Positions 30,605 through 39,951 of a stretch of DNA of 64,000 nt are shown piece after piece. Position numbers and translations under genes: made by a program. Position 1 is the stretch's first letter. Each line of letters begins with the position of its first letter. The notes beneath the pieces are model-generated. The model was not told the origin of the DNA and did no database searches. It was given only the letters and a program-made list of their open reading frames with translations. This DNA is from a virus: the IMG/VR virus record IMGVR_UViG_3300042147_000025, positions 1 through 64,000 of that record. One strand, given 5' to 3'.

Positions 30605-30761
30605 TTCACGCACACGTTCCAATACAACGACCAAAACCAGACTGGCATGAGTATATCAAGTCTCGTGAAGATTTTGATAAATGGCTCAGTTCAGGAATGT
30701 TCTACGTTTACTGGCCTGATTTAACTTGGATTGAAGTGCATAAGTATTTGGAGGGAGAAGA

Positions 30762-31409
30762 ATGACACAGATTAAAGTAGAACTGCTGGATTCAATGGGG
30801 AGTGATTTGGCTGTAGTACAGGCAGCACGAGTTAGCTTTGCTAAGGATGCAGATTCTGAGTTTGATAATGTAAAAGACGGCAAGCTTATTGGCTACCTTG
30901 CAAAGCATAATCACTGGACGCCCTTCGCCCACACAGCTTTAAAGTTCCGTATTGCAGCGCCTGTGCCGATTCGTACGCAATGTTTTAAGCATAAAGTGGG
31001 TATGACCGAGAATGAGGAGAGTCGTCGGTATATCTCTACAACACCAGAGATTTTTATTCCTGAGTTCTTTCGAAGTAAGCCAGAAGGTAGTATCAAACAA
31101 GGCAGTGGAGAGCAACACGAGGATTCTGATTATTGGGTCGAGCAATACACACTTCAAACTGAACGTTCAGTTGCTGTATATAATCGAATGTTGAATGATG
31201 GTGTATGCCCGGAACAAGCTCGCTTTATCCTTCCACAAGGTGCAATTGTTAATTGGATTTGGACAGGTAATCTGGTAAGCTTCGCTAACTTCTACAACAA
31301 GCGAACTGATCCTAATGCTCAACGTGAAGTGCAAGTAGTTGCCGAATTGGTTGGTAAAGAAGTAGAACGTATTTTCCCAGTTTCGTGGAAAGCATTGACG
31401 GAGAAATAA
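30762..31409 (+). CDS. thyX: Flavin-dependent thymidylate synthase
   Basis: AARVSF, HWTPFAH, NEESRRY, PEQARFILP, AQREV. Confidence 0.92.
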   Translation: MTQIKVELLDSMGSDLAVVQAARVSFAKDADSEFDNVKDGKLIGYLAKHNHWTPFAHTALKFRIAAPVPIRTQCFKHKVGMTENEESRRYISTTPEIFIPEFFRSKPEGSIKQGSGEQHEDSDYWVEQYTLQTERSVAVYNRMLNDGVCPEQARFILPQGAIVNWIWTGNLVSFANFYNKRTDPNAQREVQVVAELVGKEVERIFPVSWKALTEK

Positions 31410-31410
31410 A

Positions 31411-32006
31411 ATGATTAATAACGAATACACAATTTCCAACTTTATCCAAGAGCTTCAGAATCTTTATATGGTACGACTTGGTATGTCTATCTCGGAATCG
31501 AGTAGGTACATCGTTGACACTATCGAAGACATTGAGATTGCACTAAATAATGATGTTTCGGCATTTGAATACTTTCAAGAAGATTTAACTAATGGAGTAG
31601 AAGTATGAGCAACAAGAATTTTAATTTCCCAGTGAGTGAATACGATCAATACCTCTCCTTTGTAGATGTTGAGCAACACCCTGAATGGCAAGAAGCTTGG
31701 AAAGCTCAAGATAAAGAAAAAGTAGATGCAATTCTTTATAGCTTCGGAGTTGATCTAGAAAATGGCTACGAAGTAGAAATTAATACTCACCGTACACGCC
31801 TTACACAGAAAGTTGAATATGGTCCTCGGTTCTCTTTCTCAGAGCGTCAAGATAAAATCTGGAAAGAATCTGGTATGAGTATTGAAGATCAGATTCGTAA
31901 TTGTGGTGATATATCTCTGCAAAACATGCTTAGTGGGATGAATAAGTTTGGGTTTGGTAAGTGTGATACGGTTAAGACAGCTGAACAATTGGCTAGTGAA
32001 TTTTAA
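31411..32006 (+). CDS. Two hypothetical genes (31411-31608, 31605-32006)
   Basis: Coupled ORFs with RBSs. Confidence 0.55.
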
Positions 32007-32019
32007 ATAAGGAGTATTT

Positions 32020-33024
32020 GTGACAATTGATTTTGATAAGAAAACACAGATTCAAACACCAACACTAAGTTACGCACGACACTACCCTAAGCTTGTAGAG
32101 ATGGCTAACAAGCAACTAGAAGAACAACTTTGGTTTAGTTCTGAAATGACTGTAGAGCTGGATAAGATGCAACTCCTGTACGAGTTGACACCAGAACAAC
32201 TTCACGCAGTGAAGACAGTTTTGCAGTTGTTCCTTCGTTATGAGTTGATCGTAGGTGAAGAGTTTTGGAATACTCTTGTTATTAAAGAGTTCCCACGGCC
32301 TGAAGTGAAGCTTGCAGCAAGTGTTGTTGGTATGACCGAGTTGGCGATTCATAGTGAGTTCTACAATCAAATCAATGTACAGCTAGGTTTGGATAAAGAT
32401 GAGGATTACCTAGCCTATATTGATGATCCAGAGCTTAAAGGGCGTGTTGATTGGTTGGATGATATCTTAACTGGGGAAGATAAGCTTCTTGCAACAATCA
32501 TCTTTGGTATGACTGAAACTGCTTTGTTGTTCTCAAGCTTTGCTATCCTGAAGAGTTTTCAATCTAACGGGTACAACTTGATTCCCGTGATTGCACGAGG
32601 CACCAATCAGTCAGCCATTGATGAAGATTTGCATGGGCAGATTGCAGCAGAGATTATCAACACACGGTATGCTGAACTTGGTTATACTTTGAAAGATGAT
32701 AAACAACGAGTAATTAAGATTTACGAAGCTGTTGATTACGCTTACACTCACGAATGTCGGATTATTGATCTTGCTATTTTGAAAGACACATTCAACGGTC
32801 AAAGTAAAGAAGACTATAAAATCTTTGTACAACACCGATTGAACATCTTCTTGGAGCGACTAGGTCTTGATCCTGCATTCCCTGAAATTCATTCTAAGAT
32901 TGCAGACTGGTTCGAACAGAATACATATGCTTATAAAGTTATTGACTTCTTCTCTGCTGGCTTAGGTATGGAATATGAGAGTGGTTGGAACGAAAAGAAA
33001 TTTACATCAGCTTGGGAGGGCTAA
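32020..33024 (+). CDS. nrdB: Ribonucleotide reductase class I beta subunit
   Basis: ELAIHSEFY, E..LLFSSFA, DEDLH, DFF near the C-terminus. Confidence 0.88.
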   Translation: MTIDFDKKTQIQTPTLSYARHYPKLVEMANKQLEEQLWFSSEMTVELDKMQLLYELTPEQLHAVKTVLQLFLRYELIVGEEFWNTLVIKEFPRPEVKLAASVVGMTELAIHSEFYNQINVQLGLDKDEDYLAYIDDPELKGRVDWLDDILTGEDKLLATIIFGMTETALLFSSFAILKSFQSNGYNLIPVIARGTNQSAIDEDLHGQIAAEIINTRYAELGYTLKDDKQRVIKIYEAVDYAYTHECRIIDLAILKDTFNGQSKEDYKIFVQHRLNIFLERLGLDPAFPEIHSKIADWFEQNTYAYKVIDFFSAGLGMEYESGWNEKKFTSAWEG

Positions 33025-34757
33025 TGATTAACTATTCAGAAATGCGAAAGACACAACAAGCGGAAGGTGAAGTACCTGAGTGGTTTACTACTGGTGGTTT
33101 GCAACTGTTTCATAATAAGTATGCTTACAAGGGTGAGTCAGTAAAGAGTCGCTTCAAAGGTGTAGCTAAAGCAATGGCTAAACATGCACCTAAAGTTTAT
33201 CCTGAGTGGTGGGGTACTGACCCTTACACAGTTGGTAAGACTTGGGAAGATGCTTTCTTTGCAACAATGTGGGATGGTTATATCAGTTGCTCAACACCTC
33301 TGTTGGCTAATGGTGGTTTGCGTAAACGAGGCACTACAGTCAGTTGTGCTGGGGGTTATGTAGGTAACAATCTTTTTGATCGCTACAATGCAATCACTGA
33401 GGCAGCTATCCTGACTAAACACAGTCATGGTACAAGTTACTCGATTGACCACTGGCCTCATGAGGGTGCAGAGTTGCGTCGAGGTGGTCGAAGTCTCGGT
33501 GTTATGCCGGTCATTCGGGACTTTATCGCGGTAATGGAGGAGGTAACTCAGGGTAGTCGTCGAGGCAGTCTGGCATATAGTATTCGCCCTCAACATAACG
33601 ATTTCGATGAGGTTGTAAAGTACCTCTACGCACGTACCGAGTCGAATAATGTGGGCTGGTTGATTGATGATGACTTCATCCGTTTGATGGATGATAAAGA
33701 CGAAGAGTCCCATCGTAAGTGGCAGCGAATGTTGGGTGTTAAGCTTCCTCGGGGGAAAGGCTACTTCACATTTATTTCTAAGATGAATCGTCACCTTGCA
33801 GAAGCATTTCGACGTAAGGGTATGACTGTAAAGGCCAGCAACTTATGTCAGGAGACATGTCTGCCATCGGATGAAGATTACACGTTCAGTTGTGTGATTT
33901 TGAACTACAACTTGGAGCTTTATCGTGAGTGGCCTGAGCACTTGGTATTCATCGGTCAAGTGATGAGTGACTGCAATATTAGCGAATACCTTGAAACTAT
34001 GGATGATATGACTGAGCTTGATAAACAAGCAATGCATAAAATCTACCGCTTCACTAAAGAGTTTCGCTCCCTTGGCAGCGGTGTATTGGGCTGGCACACC
34101 CTGATGCAGAAAGAACGTTTGAGTGTTAGTAGTTTGGAATGTATGTTTCTTAATACTAAAATCTTTAAAGGTTTGGATGAGGAATCGAAGAAAGCAACAC
34201 AATGGTTGGCTGGCGTGCTTGGTGAACCACTTGGTTGTATGGGGTTGGGTATTCGTAATGCTACTCGTTTGATGATGCCTCCTACCAAAAGCTCCGCAGA
34301 GATTATGGCTGGTGCTTCTGAAGGTATTGGTCTTGACATTGCAATGGCTTTCACTAAACAGTCTGCGGGTGGGGAGTTCTTCCGCTTGAACAAAGTTCTC
34401 CTTGAGTTGATGAAGGAGAAAGGCGTTTACTCTGACGAGACAGTACAAGAGATTATTAATGATAAAGGCAGTGTGCAGAAAGTTAGTTGGTTGACAGAAG
34501 AAGAGAAAGCTGTATTCCGAACAGGATTTGAAGTTCCTGCTGAAGATTATCTTCGTCTGTGTTCTCAACGGCAAAAGTATATTGATCAGGCACAATCGAT
34601 TAATTTGTACTTCACCTCAAATGATAGCGAAGAATATATTAGTCGTATTCACAAACTCGCAATGGAAGATGAGGGTATTTTGAGTTTGTATTACATTTAC
34701 TCAATGCGTGGTGCTGGTGATATCTCTCGCGTGGAGGTTTGTGAGATGTGTCAATAA
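33024..34757 (+). CDS. nrdA: Ribonucleotide reductase class I alpha subunit (no ATP cone evident)
   Basis: STP, VSC, SNLCQE, PTKSSA, DQAQS, SLYY, C-terminal CEMC; TAATG overlap with nrdB. Confidence 0.93.
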   Translation: MINYSEMRKTQQAEGEVPEWFTTGGLQLFHNKYAYKGESVKSRFKGVAKAMAKHAPKVYPEWWGTDPYTVGKTWEDAFFATMWDGYISCSTPLLANGGLRKRGTTVSCAGGYVGNNLFDRYNAITEAAILTKHSHGTSYSIDHWPHEGAELRRGGRSLGVMPVIRDFIAVMEEVTQGSRRGSLAYSIRPQHNDFDEVVKYLYARTESNNVGWLIDDDFIRLMDDKDEESHRKWQRMLGVKLPRGKGYFTFISKMNRHLAEAFRRKGMTVKASNLCQETCLPSDEDYTFSCVILNYNLELYREWPEHLVFIGQVMSDCNISEYLETMDDMTELDKQAMHKIYRFTKEFRSLGSGVLGWHTLMQKERLSVSSLECMFLNTKIFKGLDEESKKATQWLAGVLGEPLGCMGLGIRNATRLMMPPTKSSAEIMAGASEGIGLDIAMAFTKQSAGGEFFRLNKVLLELMKEKGVYSDETVQEIINDKGSVQKVSWLTEEEKAVFRTGFEVPAEDYLRLCSQRQKYIDQAQSINLYFTSNDSEEYISRIHKLAMEDEGILSLYYIYSMRGAGDISRVEVCEMCQ

Positions 34758-34764
34758 CTTTTAA

Positions 34765-34792
34765 AGCCCCTTAATTGGGGCTATTTCTATTT
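34765..34792 (+). terminator. Rho-independent terminator after nrdA
   Basis: AGCCCC/GGGGCT stem plus a T-rich tail. Confidence 0.65.
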
Positions 34793-34801
34793 GGAGAACT
34801 T

Positions 34802-35581
34802 ATGTTTAGATTTATCTATAAGACAACGAATAATTTGAATGGTATGTACTATATTGGCATGCATAGAACAGACAACTTAGAAGACGGGTATCTGGGGTCT
34901 GGTAGGCAACTACTAAAAGCTTTTGTTGAACAAGGGAGGTCTACATTCACAAAAGAGATTCTAGAGTTTGCTGAAACAGACGAAGAGCTTATGCTTTTAG
35001 AGAAACAATATGTAAATATAGATGTTGTAGAGGACAGTAATTCTTATAATATGACTACAGGAGGTGCTGGGAGGTTGTCATATGGAGAAAGCTGCAATTT
35101 CAGTGAAGAGGGACTAGAACGCCTGAGAAATAGTGGTAAACGTTATATAGGAGAGAATAACCCTTTTTATGGTAAGACACATACTGAAGAAACTCGTGAA
35201 ATTCTTTCCTTGAATGCCAGTAAGAAAGTGGGAGAATTAAACCCTTTCTTCGGGAAGACACATTCAGAGGAGTTTAAAAGAAAAGCTTCTGAGATGAGAC
35301 TAGGTAAAAATAAGAGCAACACACCGTCTATGGCGATAAGATCTTGGAACCAATCCACGGGATGGTGGTGTACACCCACAGGCTGCTACACCAGTGACAG
35401 AGATGCTGCCTTGTTTACAGAGATTGGTAGAAATTGCATTAGGGCTTGGTGCAAGAGCCCAGATAAAATTGTCAGGAAAAACTATCAAATTCCTGAACAT
35501 TACTGGGGTAAGACTTGGAAGGAGAATGGTTTTTACTTCCTACCTAAAATAAAGTTTGACATAGCTTTGAAAGAAGCCTAA
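34802..35581 (+). CDS. GIY-YIG homing endonuclease (Seg-like, NUMOD3 repeats)
   Basis: FIYKTTN...YYIGMH...YLGSG; two NPF(Y/F)GKTH(T/S)EE repeats. Confidence 0.88.
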   Translation: MFRFIYKTTNNLNGMYYIGMHRTDNLEDGYLGSGRQLLKAFVEQGRSTFTKEILEFAETDEELMLLEKQYVNIDVVEDSNSYNMTTGGAGRLSYGESCNFSEEGLERLRNSGKRYIGENNPFYGKTHTEETREILSLNASKKVGELNPFFGKTHSEEFKRKASEMRLGKNKSNTPSMAIRSWNQSTGWWCTPTGCYTSDRDAALFTEIGRNCIRAWCKSPDKIVRKNYQIPEHYWGKTWKENGFYFLPKIKFDIALKEA

Positions 35582-35620
35582 ACTACAGACCATAGGCGAA
35601 AGCTTGTGGTCTTTTTCTTT
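35556..35620 (+). promoter_or_regulatory. sigma70 promoter overlapping a terminator hairpin
   Basis: TTGACA-17-TAAACT (35556-35584); GACCATAGGC-GAAA-GCTTGTGGTC followed by TTTTT. Confidence 0.7.
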
Positions 35621-35634
35621 GCGGAGAAATTAAA

Positions 35635-36102
35635 TTGAGATATTCAAAAGGTAAATGGATTGCATCTTACAGAGACACCTACTCTCTAGACTGCACCCTA
35701 TCTCCAATAATCTACGCTGGACTCTTACGCTTTCACGAAGTATTGGAGAAACGTAACAAAGAAGGCGGTTGTCTAGGTGTCCCGAGTGAATACTGTGCTA
35801 ACCCTGATGTTGATGTCACAGACCAAGAAGTACAAGATTGGCTAGACGACATCAAGAAAATGATGTATTCTTTTGAGAACAAAGAGCCTGACATGGATTT
35901 GTATAATTTCAAGCTAACAACAGTTCCATATGAGGATGATGTTACAAAGTCATATGAATCAGAGTATGGTAGGTCATTCAAAATAGAGTGTGATAATGAG
36001 GAAGAGAAAGCTAGGTACTATGCTGACTTGGATGCGCATGAGAAGAAGGTTCAAGAGGGTTTGAATCTCTTTGCAAATAAATATAAATCATTATGGTGGT
36101 GA
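35635..36102 (+). CDS. Hypothetical protein
   Basis: 155-aa ORF, GGAGA RBS, TTG start. Confidence 0.65.
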   Translation: MRYSKGKWIASYRDTYSLDCTLSPIIYAGLLRFHEVLEKRNKEGGCLGVPSEYCANPDVDVTDQEVQDWLDDIKKMMYSFENKEPDMDLYNFKLTTVPYEDDVTKSYESEYGRSFKIECDNEEEKARYYADLDAHEKKVQEGLNLFANKYKSLWW

Positions 36103-36106
36103 TAAA

Positions 36107-36286
36107 ATGAAAGGCTATGAAGATCTAGTTGCAGGCTTGCTCTTACTGATTGTTATACTGATCGGTGGTTACACTTACCTAAACTCGCAGGTGATTAAAC
36201 AAAGAGAGGTGTTGCAAGTACCAGCAGCAGCAGAGAAGAATGTTGAGAAAAGAGCTTTTGAGTCATTATCAAAGGTAACTGAATAA
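36107..36286 (+). CDS. Small single-TM membrane protein
   Basis: LVAGLLLLIVILIGGY segment. Confidence 0.55.
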   Translation: MKGYEDLVAGLLLLIVILIGGYTYLNSQVIKQREVLQVPAAAEKNVEKRAFESLSKVTE

Positions 36287-36300
36287 CTTTATTATAGACG

Positions 36301-36347
36301 AAAAGAAGCCGAGGCTCCGTAATTGGATGACCTCGGCTTTAGTATTT
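36301..36347. terminator. Probable bidirectional terminator between convergent operons
   Basis: AAGCCGAGG/CCTCGGCTT stem flanked by A-rich and T-rich tracts. Confidence 0.75.
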
Positions 36348-36403
36348 CTGAGATATAGTGAATGGCGTCACTAATCAAATGTCTTCTAGGGAAGTTCTTA
36401 TTC

Positions 36404-36742
36404 TTAGTTATTCTGAATTTGCAAATTATTTTGAATCACTTTTTGATTCAATTTCTTATCACTTTGCAACTCTTTAACCCGAAGCTCCAACACATAAATA
36501 CGCTGGTCAGTACTAACTTGATAATCATCCTGTCTTTCAGAAGTTTTATTAACCCTCTGTTCAAGATAATCTGTATTATTAGCAACCACTTTCATAATGT
36601 CCTGCCTTACTAAAGTAAGCTTCTGTCCATAGTTATTAACGTTTGCGTTATCACTTGAATTAGACATCAAGATTGCTATCAGAATTGTAGACAAAATAAG
36701 ATAAGCTACAGTTGCTGTTCGATCCAATACCTTCCAGATCAT
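36404..36742 (-). CDS. Membrane-anchored coiled-coil protein (lysis region)
   Basis: N-terminal TM segment, GGAGG RBS. Confidence 0.6.
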   Translation of the reverse strand: MIWKVLDRTATVAYLILSTILIAILMSNSSDNANVNNYGQKLTLVRQDIMKVVANNTDYLEQRVNKTSERQDDYQVSTDQRIYVLELRVKELQSDKKLNQKVIQNNLQIQNN

Positions 36743-36754
36743 TGGACCTCCAGA

Positions 36755-37036
36755 TTACTTTCGTTTGTTTATCGATCCAAAATACAGGTCTAAACGAGCA
36801 AGCAAATCAGAACGCATCCCTTCAATGTTAGTTACTAGTCGTTGCTCTGTATCCTTGAGCTGTTGATTACTTACTTTGTCTGTGTAGAGGAATAAAACTC
36901 TACTCTCAAGCTCTTTGTTCTGTGTTCGGATATCTTGGATAACTAGCATACCGAGAGCCATCACTACAGAGAGAAGTCCTATAGCAAATTTTTCCCAAAT
37001 AGCTGTAATGCGGGTGTTAGCTGAGTCATTTGGCAT
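36755..37036 (-). CDS. Single-TM protein, possible holin/antiholin
   Basis: FAIGLLSVVMALGMLVI segment; lysis cassette context. Confidence 0.5.
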   Translation of the reverse strand: MPNDSANTRITAIWEKFAIGLLSVVMALGMLVIQDIRTQNKELESRVLFLYTDKVSNQQLKDTEQRLVTNIEGMRSDLLARLDLYFGSINKRK

Positions 37037-37316
37037 TCTTGTACAGCTCCATCTGAGACTTCTTGTTTTTACGGATAGCATCCATTTGCTTTTCCCACAA
37101 ACCAATACACCCTACATTACGATTCTGTGCAAGAGCTAGATCAATCAAACTCTCACCAGCAGGTTTTGCACGGCACGGGCTCACAAGAAGTGCATCACTT
37201 GGGTAGACATTGGTTATCATTGGGGTAGGTGGTGCAATAACCTTGTTTGAGCAGGCTGACAATGTTATCAGAAAGCAACCCATCATCAGGCAAGACATTA
37301 GGTTTAAGATTTTCAT
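37026..37316 (-). CDS. o-spanin (Rz1-like lipoprotein)
   Basis: Lipobox LSAC, Pro-rich segment, overlaps the 3' end of the i-spanin. Confidence 0.75.
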   Translation of the reverse strand: MKILNLMSCLMMGCFLITLSACSNKVIAPPTPMITNVYPSDALLVSPCRAKPAGESLIDLALAQNRNVGCIGLWEKQMDAIRKNKKSQMELYKNAK

Positions 37317-37638
37317 TCTTAATGTTCTCTTGTTTGGCTGCTACAGGAGGCTTACCTAAAGGTAAGCGTAGCTTTTCAATATTATCAGATATCACTTCAA
37401 TTTTAGTTTTAAGATCCTTTTTGCCAGCTTCCACTTCAACCACACTAACACTGTCAATCTGACAGCTTAAACCTTTCAAGTTAAGGGACTTTTGCATATC
37501 AGAATTGACGTTAATGGCCACTACTAGTGCTTGCTCAGCTATGAGCTTATCGTCGTGTAGAGATAGAGAAAGCCAGCCTAAAGAGAGGGTACTTGCAAAC
37601 AAACCGAGAATGATATAGGACATCCAGCTATTGAACAT
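37195..37638 (-). CDS. i-spanin (Rz-like)
   Basis: N-terminal TM segment, helical periplasmic part, C-terminal Cys. Confidence 0.7.
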   Translation of the reverse strand: MFNSWMSYIILGLFASTLSLGWLSLSLHDDKLIAEQALVVAINVNSDMQKSLNLKGLSCQIDSVSVVEVEAGKKDLKTKIEVISDNIEKLRLPLGKPPVAAKQENIKNENLKPNVLPDDGLLSDNIVSLLKQGYCTTYPNDNQCLPK

Positions 37639-37891
37639 TCTCTTCATCCTCTTTCTTATCAAGAGTGGGTTGGTGTATTAGCCTACCAATTAGCCCCAAC
37701 AATCCAAACAAAATAGCTAAACTAATTACAAGCTTAAAGGCAAAATATACGTTTATAACACCAAGCACGGACAAGCCTGTTACAGATACGGCTTGCAGAA
37801 TGTTAGCTAAACTAAAAACTACAGAATAACTTTTCCAAAGCTTCTTCCAATTACCCACTAGAGATACTTTAGAAATGTTCTTCATTTTCAT
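37628..37891 (-). CDS. Putative holin
   Basis: WKKLWKSYSV followed by two TM segments and GRLIHQP; possible dual start MKM. Confidence 0.65.
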   Translation of the reverse strand: MKMKNISKVSLVGNWKKLWKSYSVVFSLANILQAVSVTGLSVLGVINVYFAFKLVISLAILFGLLGLIGRLIHQPTLDKKEDEENVQ

Positions 37892-38498
37892 CTCCCTCGG
37901 AGTGTTTATTTATGTAAGTAGAGTAAAGAATCCTAATCTTATTTTTAAACTCTTCTTCGGGGTGGTGCATTTTCATCGTATTACAAAGCTTACAACAAGG
38001 TCTAACATTATCCAGTGTATAACCTTTGTCAGAATCAACTCTATCCAAGCTATTATAAATATACTGACTATTTAATCTACTTCTGTCACTTACTGTAAGA
38101 ATTTGATGCTGGTAGACCATTGCAGGAGGTTCGTCGCAATAGTAGCAGTTACTGGACGTTAGCTCTTTAAAAACATCCAGATCAATTTCAAAAGCATAGT
38201 TAAACTTTTTTGCTCTTGTTTTATATACGCCAAACAGACGCTTTAATCCAGAGACTCCCGGATCTAAAAGTTTCTTGTTTGCCATCTTAACTTTTCCGTT
38301 TGCACTCCTGATGGCCGTAGAGATAGGACAACCATGTCCGCAAGTCTTACATGAAATTAAATGACTAGAGCCTTTTTCTACAATATTTCCACACTCACAT
38401 TGAATTTTAATGCGCATGCTGTCATTTACTTTATCGTAGAACTTCTCTAGAACTACATAGAATCTTTCACGAGTAAGATCAAGGTTATCAATGTCCAT
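37869..38498 (-). CDS. HNH-type homing endonuclease
   Basis: CECG, CYYC, LDRVDSDKGYTLDNVRPCCKLCNTMK. Confidence 0.8.
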   Translation of the reverse strand: MDIDNLDLTRERFYVVLEKFYDKVNDSMRIKIQCECGNIVEKGSSHLISCKTCGHGCPISTAIRSANGKVKMANKKLLDPGVSGLKRLFGVYKTRAKKFNYAFEIDLDVFKELTSSNCYYCDEPPAMVYQHQILTVSDRSRLNSQYIYNSLDRVDSDKGYTLDNVRPCCKLCNTMKMHHPEEEFKNKIRILYSTYINKHSEGDENEEHF

Positions 38499-38976
38499 TC
38501 AAACACATCTCTTTCTCTGTCTCGCGTCTTTTAACAAGGCCCGGTAAAACTTTATTTTTTGCAAAAACCCACTTGCTAAGTTCTTCACAAGCACCCACAT
38601 AGTCTTTAGAATTAAGCTTACGAAGCATAGTGGAGGATTTAAAATTGCCAATTCCCACATTGTACGTGAAGCTTAGAAAAGCTGCATGTTGGTAATCTGT
38701 GAGTGGTACACGAACAAGGTTCATCATCTGTTTATCGTGAGATGATAAGTCTTTTGCTAATTGGTCTAGGCACTGCTCATCTGTAAACTTTTGACCAAGT
38801 TTTAGTTCCGGTCCCGTATGACCGTAACATGAGGTTTTGATGTTTACGGGGTCTAAATAGACTTCATTAACCTTACCCTCATTAGGTGCTATTAAATAAC
38901 CCCCACTCATCGCAACCGCAGCAGTGAAGCCATATGCTAAAAGTTTTTTGTACAGGGCTTTCTTTGTATCTGCCAT
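38488..38976 (-). CDS. SAR-type endolysin (GH24 lysozyme)
   Basis: Ala/Gly-rich N-terminal segment; catalytic E-8x-D-5x-T (NEG...YLD...KT.CYGHT); FTYNVG; GLVKRR. Confidence 0.9.
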   Translation of the reverse strand: MADTKKALYKKLLAYGFTAAVAMSGGYLIAPNEGKVNEVYLDPVNIKTSCYGHTGPELKLGQKFTDEQCLDQLAKDLSSHDKQMMNLVRVPLTDYQHAAFLSFTYNVGIGNFKSSTMLRKLNSKDYVGACEELSKWVFAKNKVLPGLVKRRETEKEMCLNGH

Positions 38977-38995
38977 CTAGTACTCCAAGTGTGAG

Positions 38996-39009
38996 GCACA
39001 TCCTTGTGC
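38996..39009 (-). promoter_or_regulatory. CsrA/RsmA consensus hairpin upstream of the endolysin
   Basis: GCACAAGGATGTGC: GGA in the loop, matches ACANGGAUGU. Confidence 0.5.
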
Positions 39010-39016
39010 TTTATTC

Positions 39017-39100
39017 TTAATATCCAACATATGCTGCTGTTACAGGAAGCCCCGCAGCAACAAAGGCTACAATCAATTTCTTTCTAAGTGCTGCGTTCAT
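39017..39100 (-). pseudogene. Orphan SAR-like N-terminal fragment of a second endolysin allele
   Basis: MNAALRKKLIVAFVAAGLPVTAAYVGY* versus endolysin KKALYKKLLAYGFTAAVAMSGGY. Confidence 0.55.
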
Positions 39101-39116
39101 TATACTTACTCTGAAA

Positions 39117-39308
39117 CTATTCTTCTGAAGTTGGTGCAGGCATTGCTTCCCGCATTGATTCGGAGAAATTATAGTAGTATTCCATGTACCGTGGATCATT
39201 AGCCTCAACTTCACCTAAAAATGGTTCACTGTCCACTTTTGGTTGCCGGGTGTACCATGAGACTACTTTTGTTTTGGTTTCATCTTCAAATTGAATATAA
39301 ATGGACAT
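39117..39308 (-). CDS. Putative tail fibre assembly protein
   Basis: YIQFEDE...VEANDPRY; downstream of the fibre gene. Confidence 0.55.
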   Translation of the reverse strand: MSIYIQFEDETKTKVVSWYTRQPKVDSEPFLGEVEANDPRYMEYYYNFSESMREAMPAPTSEE

Positions 39309-39318
39309 ATATACCCTA

Positions 39319-39951
39319 TTAAACTAGCAATGAGTGGGCAAGGGTCATGAATAGGGTTTGACCCTTGAAGCGGTAAAGCTCCTCGTTCGGGTGCAAGCCA
39401 TCCTTGAGTAGCCGCCACCATACGTTGGTTGCACCTATTGCCCTGTAATGGTCAACCACTGTAACGCCAAGTGATGCGCCCATATCGACGAGCGCCTCGC
39501 TGTACAGGGCGACTTTTGTATTTACGTCCGAGTTGCCGTGAACAATAGGGTTCGGCGTGCCAAAGATTATTTTCTTGTTCTTCGCCGCAACGATTTGGCA
39601 CATCTCCGTAGCCAACGTTATGACGCCGCCTACGGAATGCCCCCGCAGGGCACTGTTAATGCCCAGCTGCACATAGACCAAATCTACATCAGGGTACGTT
39701 TCGAGCAGACTCGATAAGCTGGGGATAACTGTAGGCAGGAAGAGGGTTTCATCGCCATAGCGCCAGCTACGGAAATCCGTACCACCATGGCTTACGTTTA
39801 TAAACGTAAAGACTCCGGCACCGAATTTCTCATCCAATAGTTGCCCTGCGACCACGCACTCGGTCCACGGAGATACGCCACTGTAAGCACCGTTGGGGCC
39901 AAGGTGGCTAGCACTTACGCCGGTCGAATCGCCTATAACCAGAATTTTCAT
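39319..39951 (-). CDS. SGNH/GDSL hydrolase (esterase)
   Basis: IGDST, GG, LGIN, DGLHPN blocks. Confidence 0.8.
   Translation of the reverse strand: MKILVIGDSTGVSASHLGPNGAYSGVSPWTECVVAGQLLDEKFGAGVFTFINVSHGGTDFRSWRYGDETLFLPTVIPSLSSLLETYPDVDLVYVQLGINSALRGHSVGGVITLATEMCQIVAAKNKKIIFGTPNPIVHGNSDVNTKVALYSEALVDMGASLGVTVVDHYRAIGATNVWWRLLKDGLHPNEELYRFKGQTLFMTLAHSLLV

Noticed and set aside
18165-34757. Introns or inteins in polA, thyX, nrdA or nrdB
   Set aside because: The ORFs are continuous and of normal length, with no splicing motifs seen
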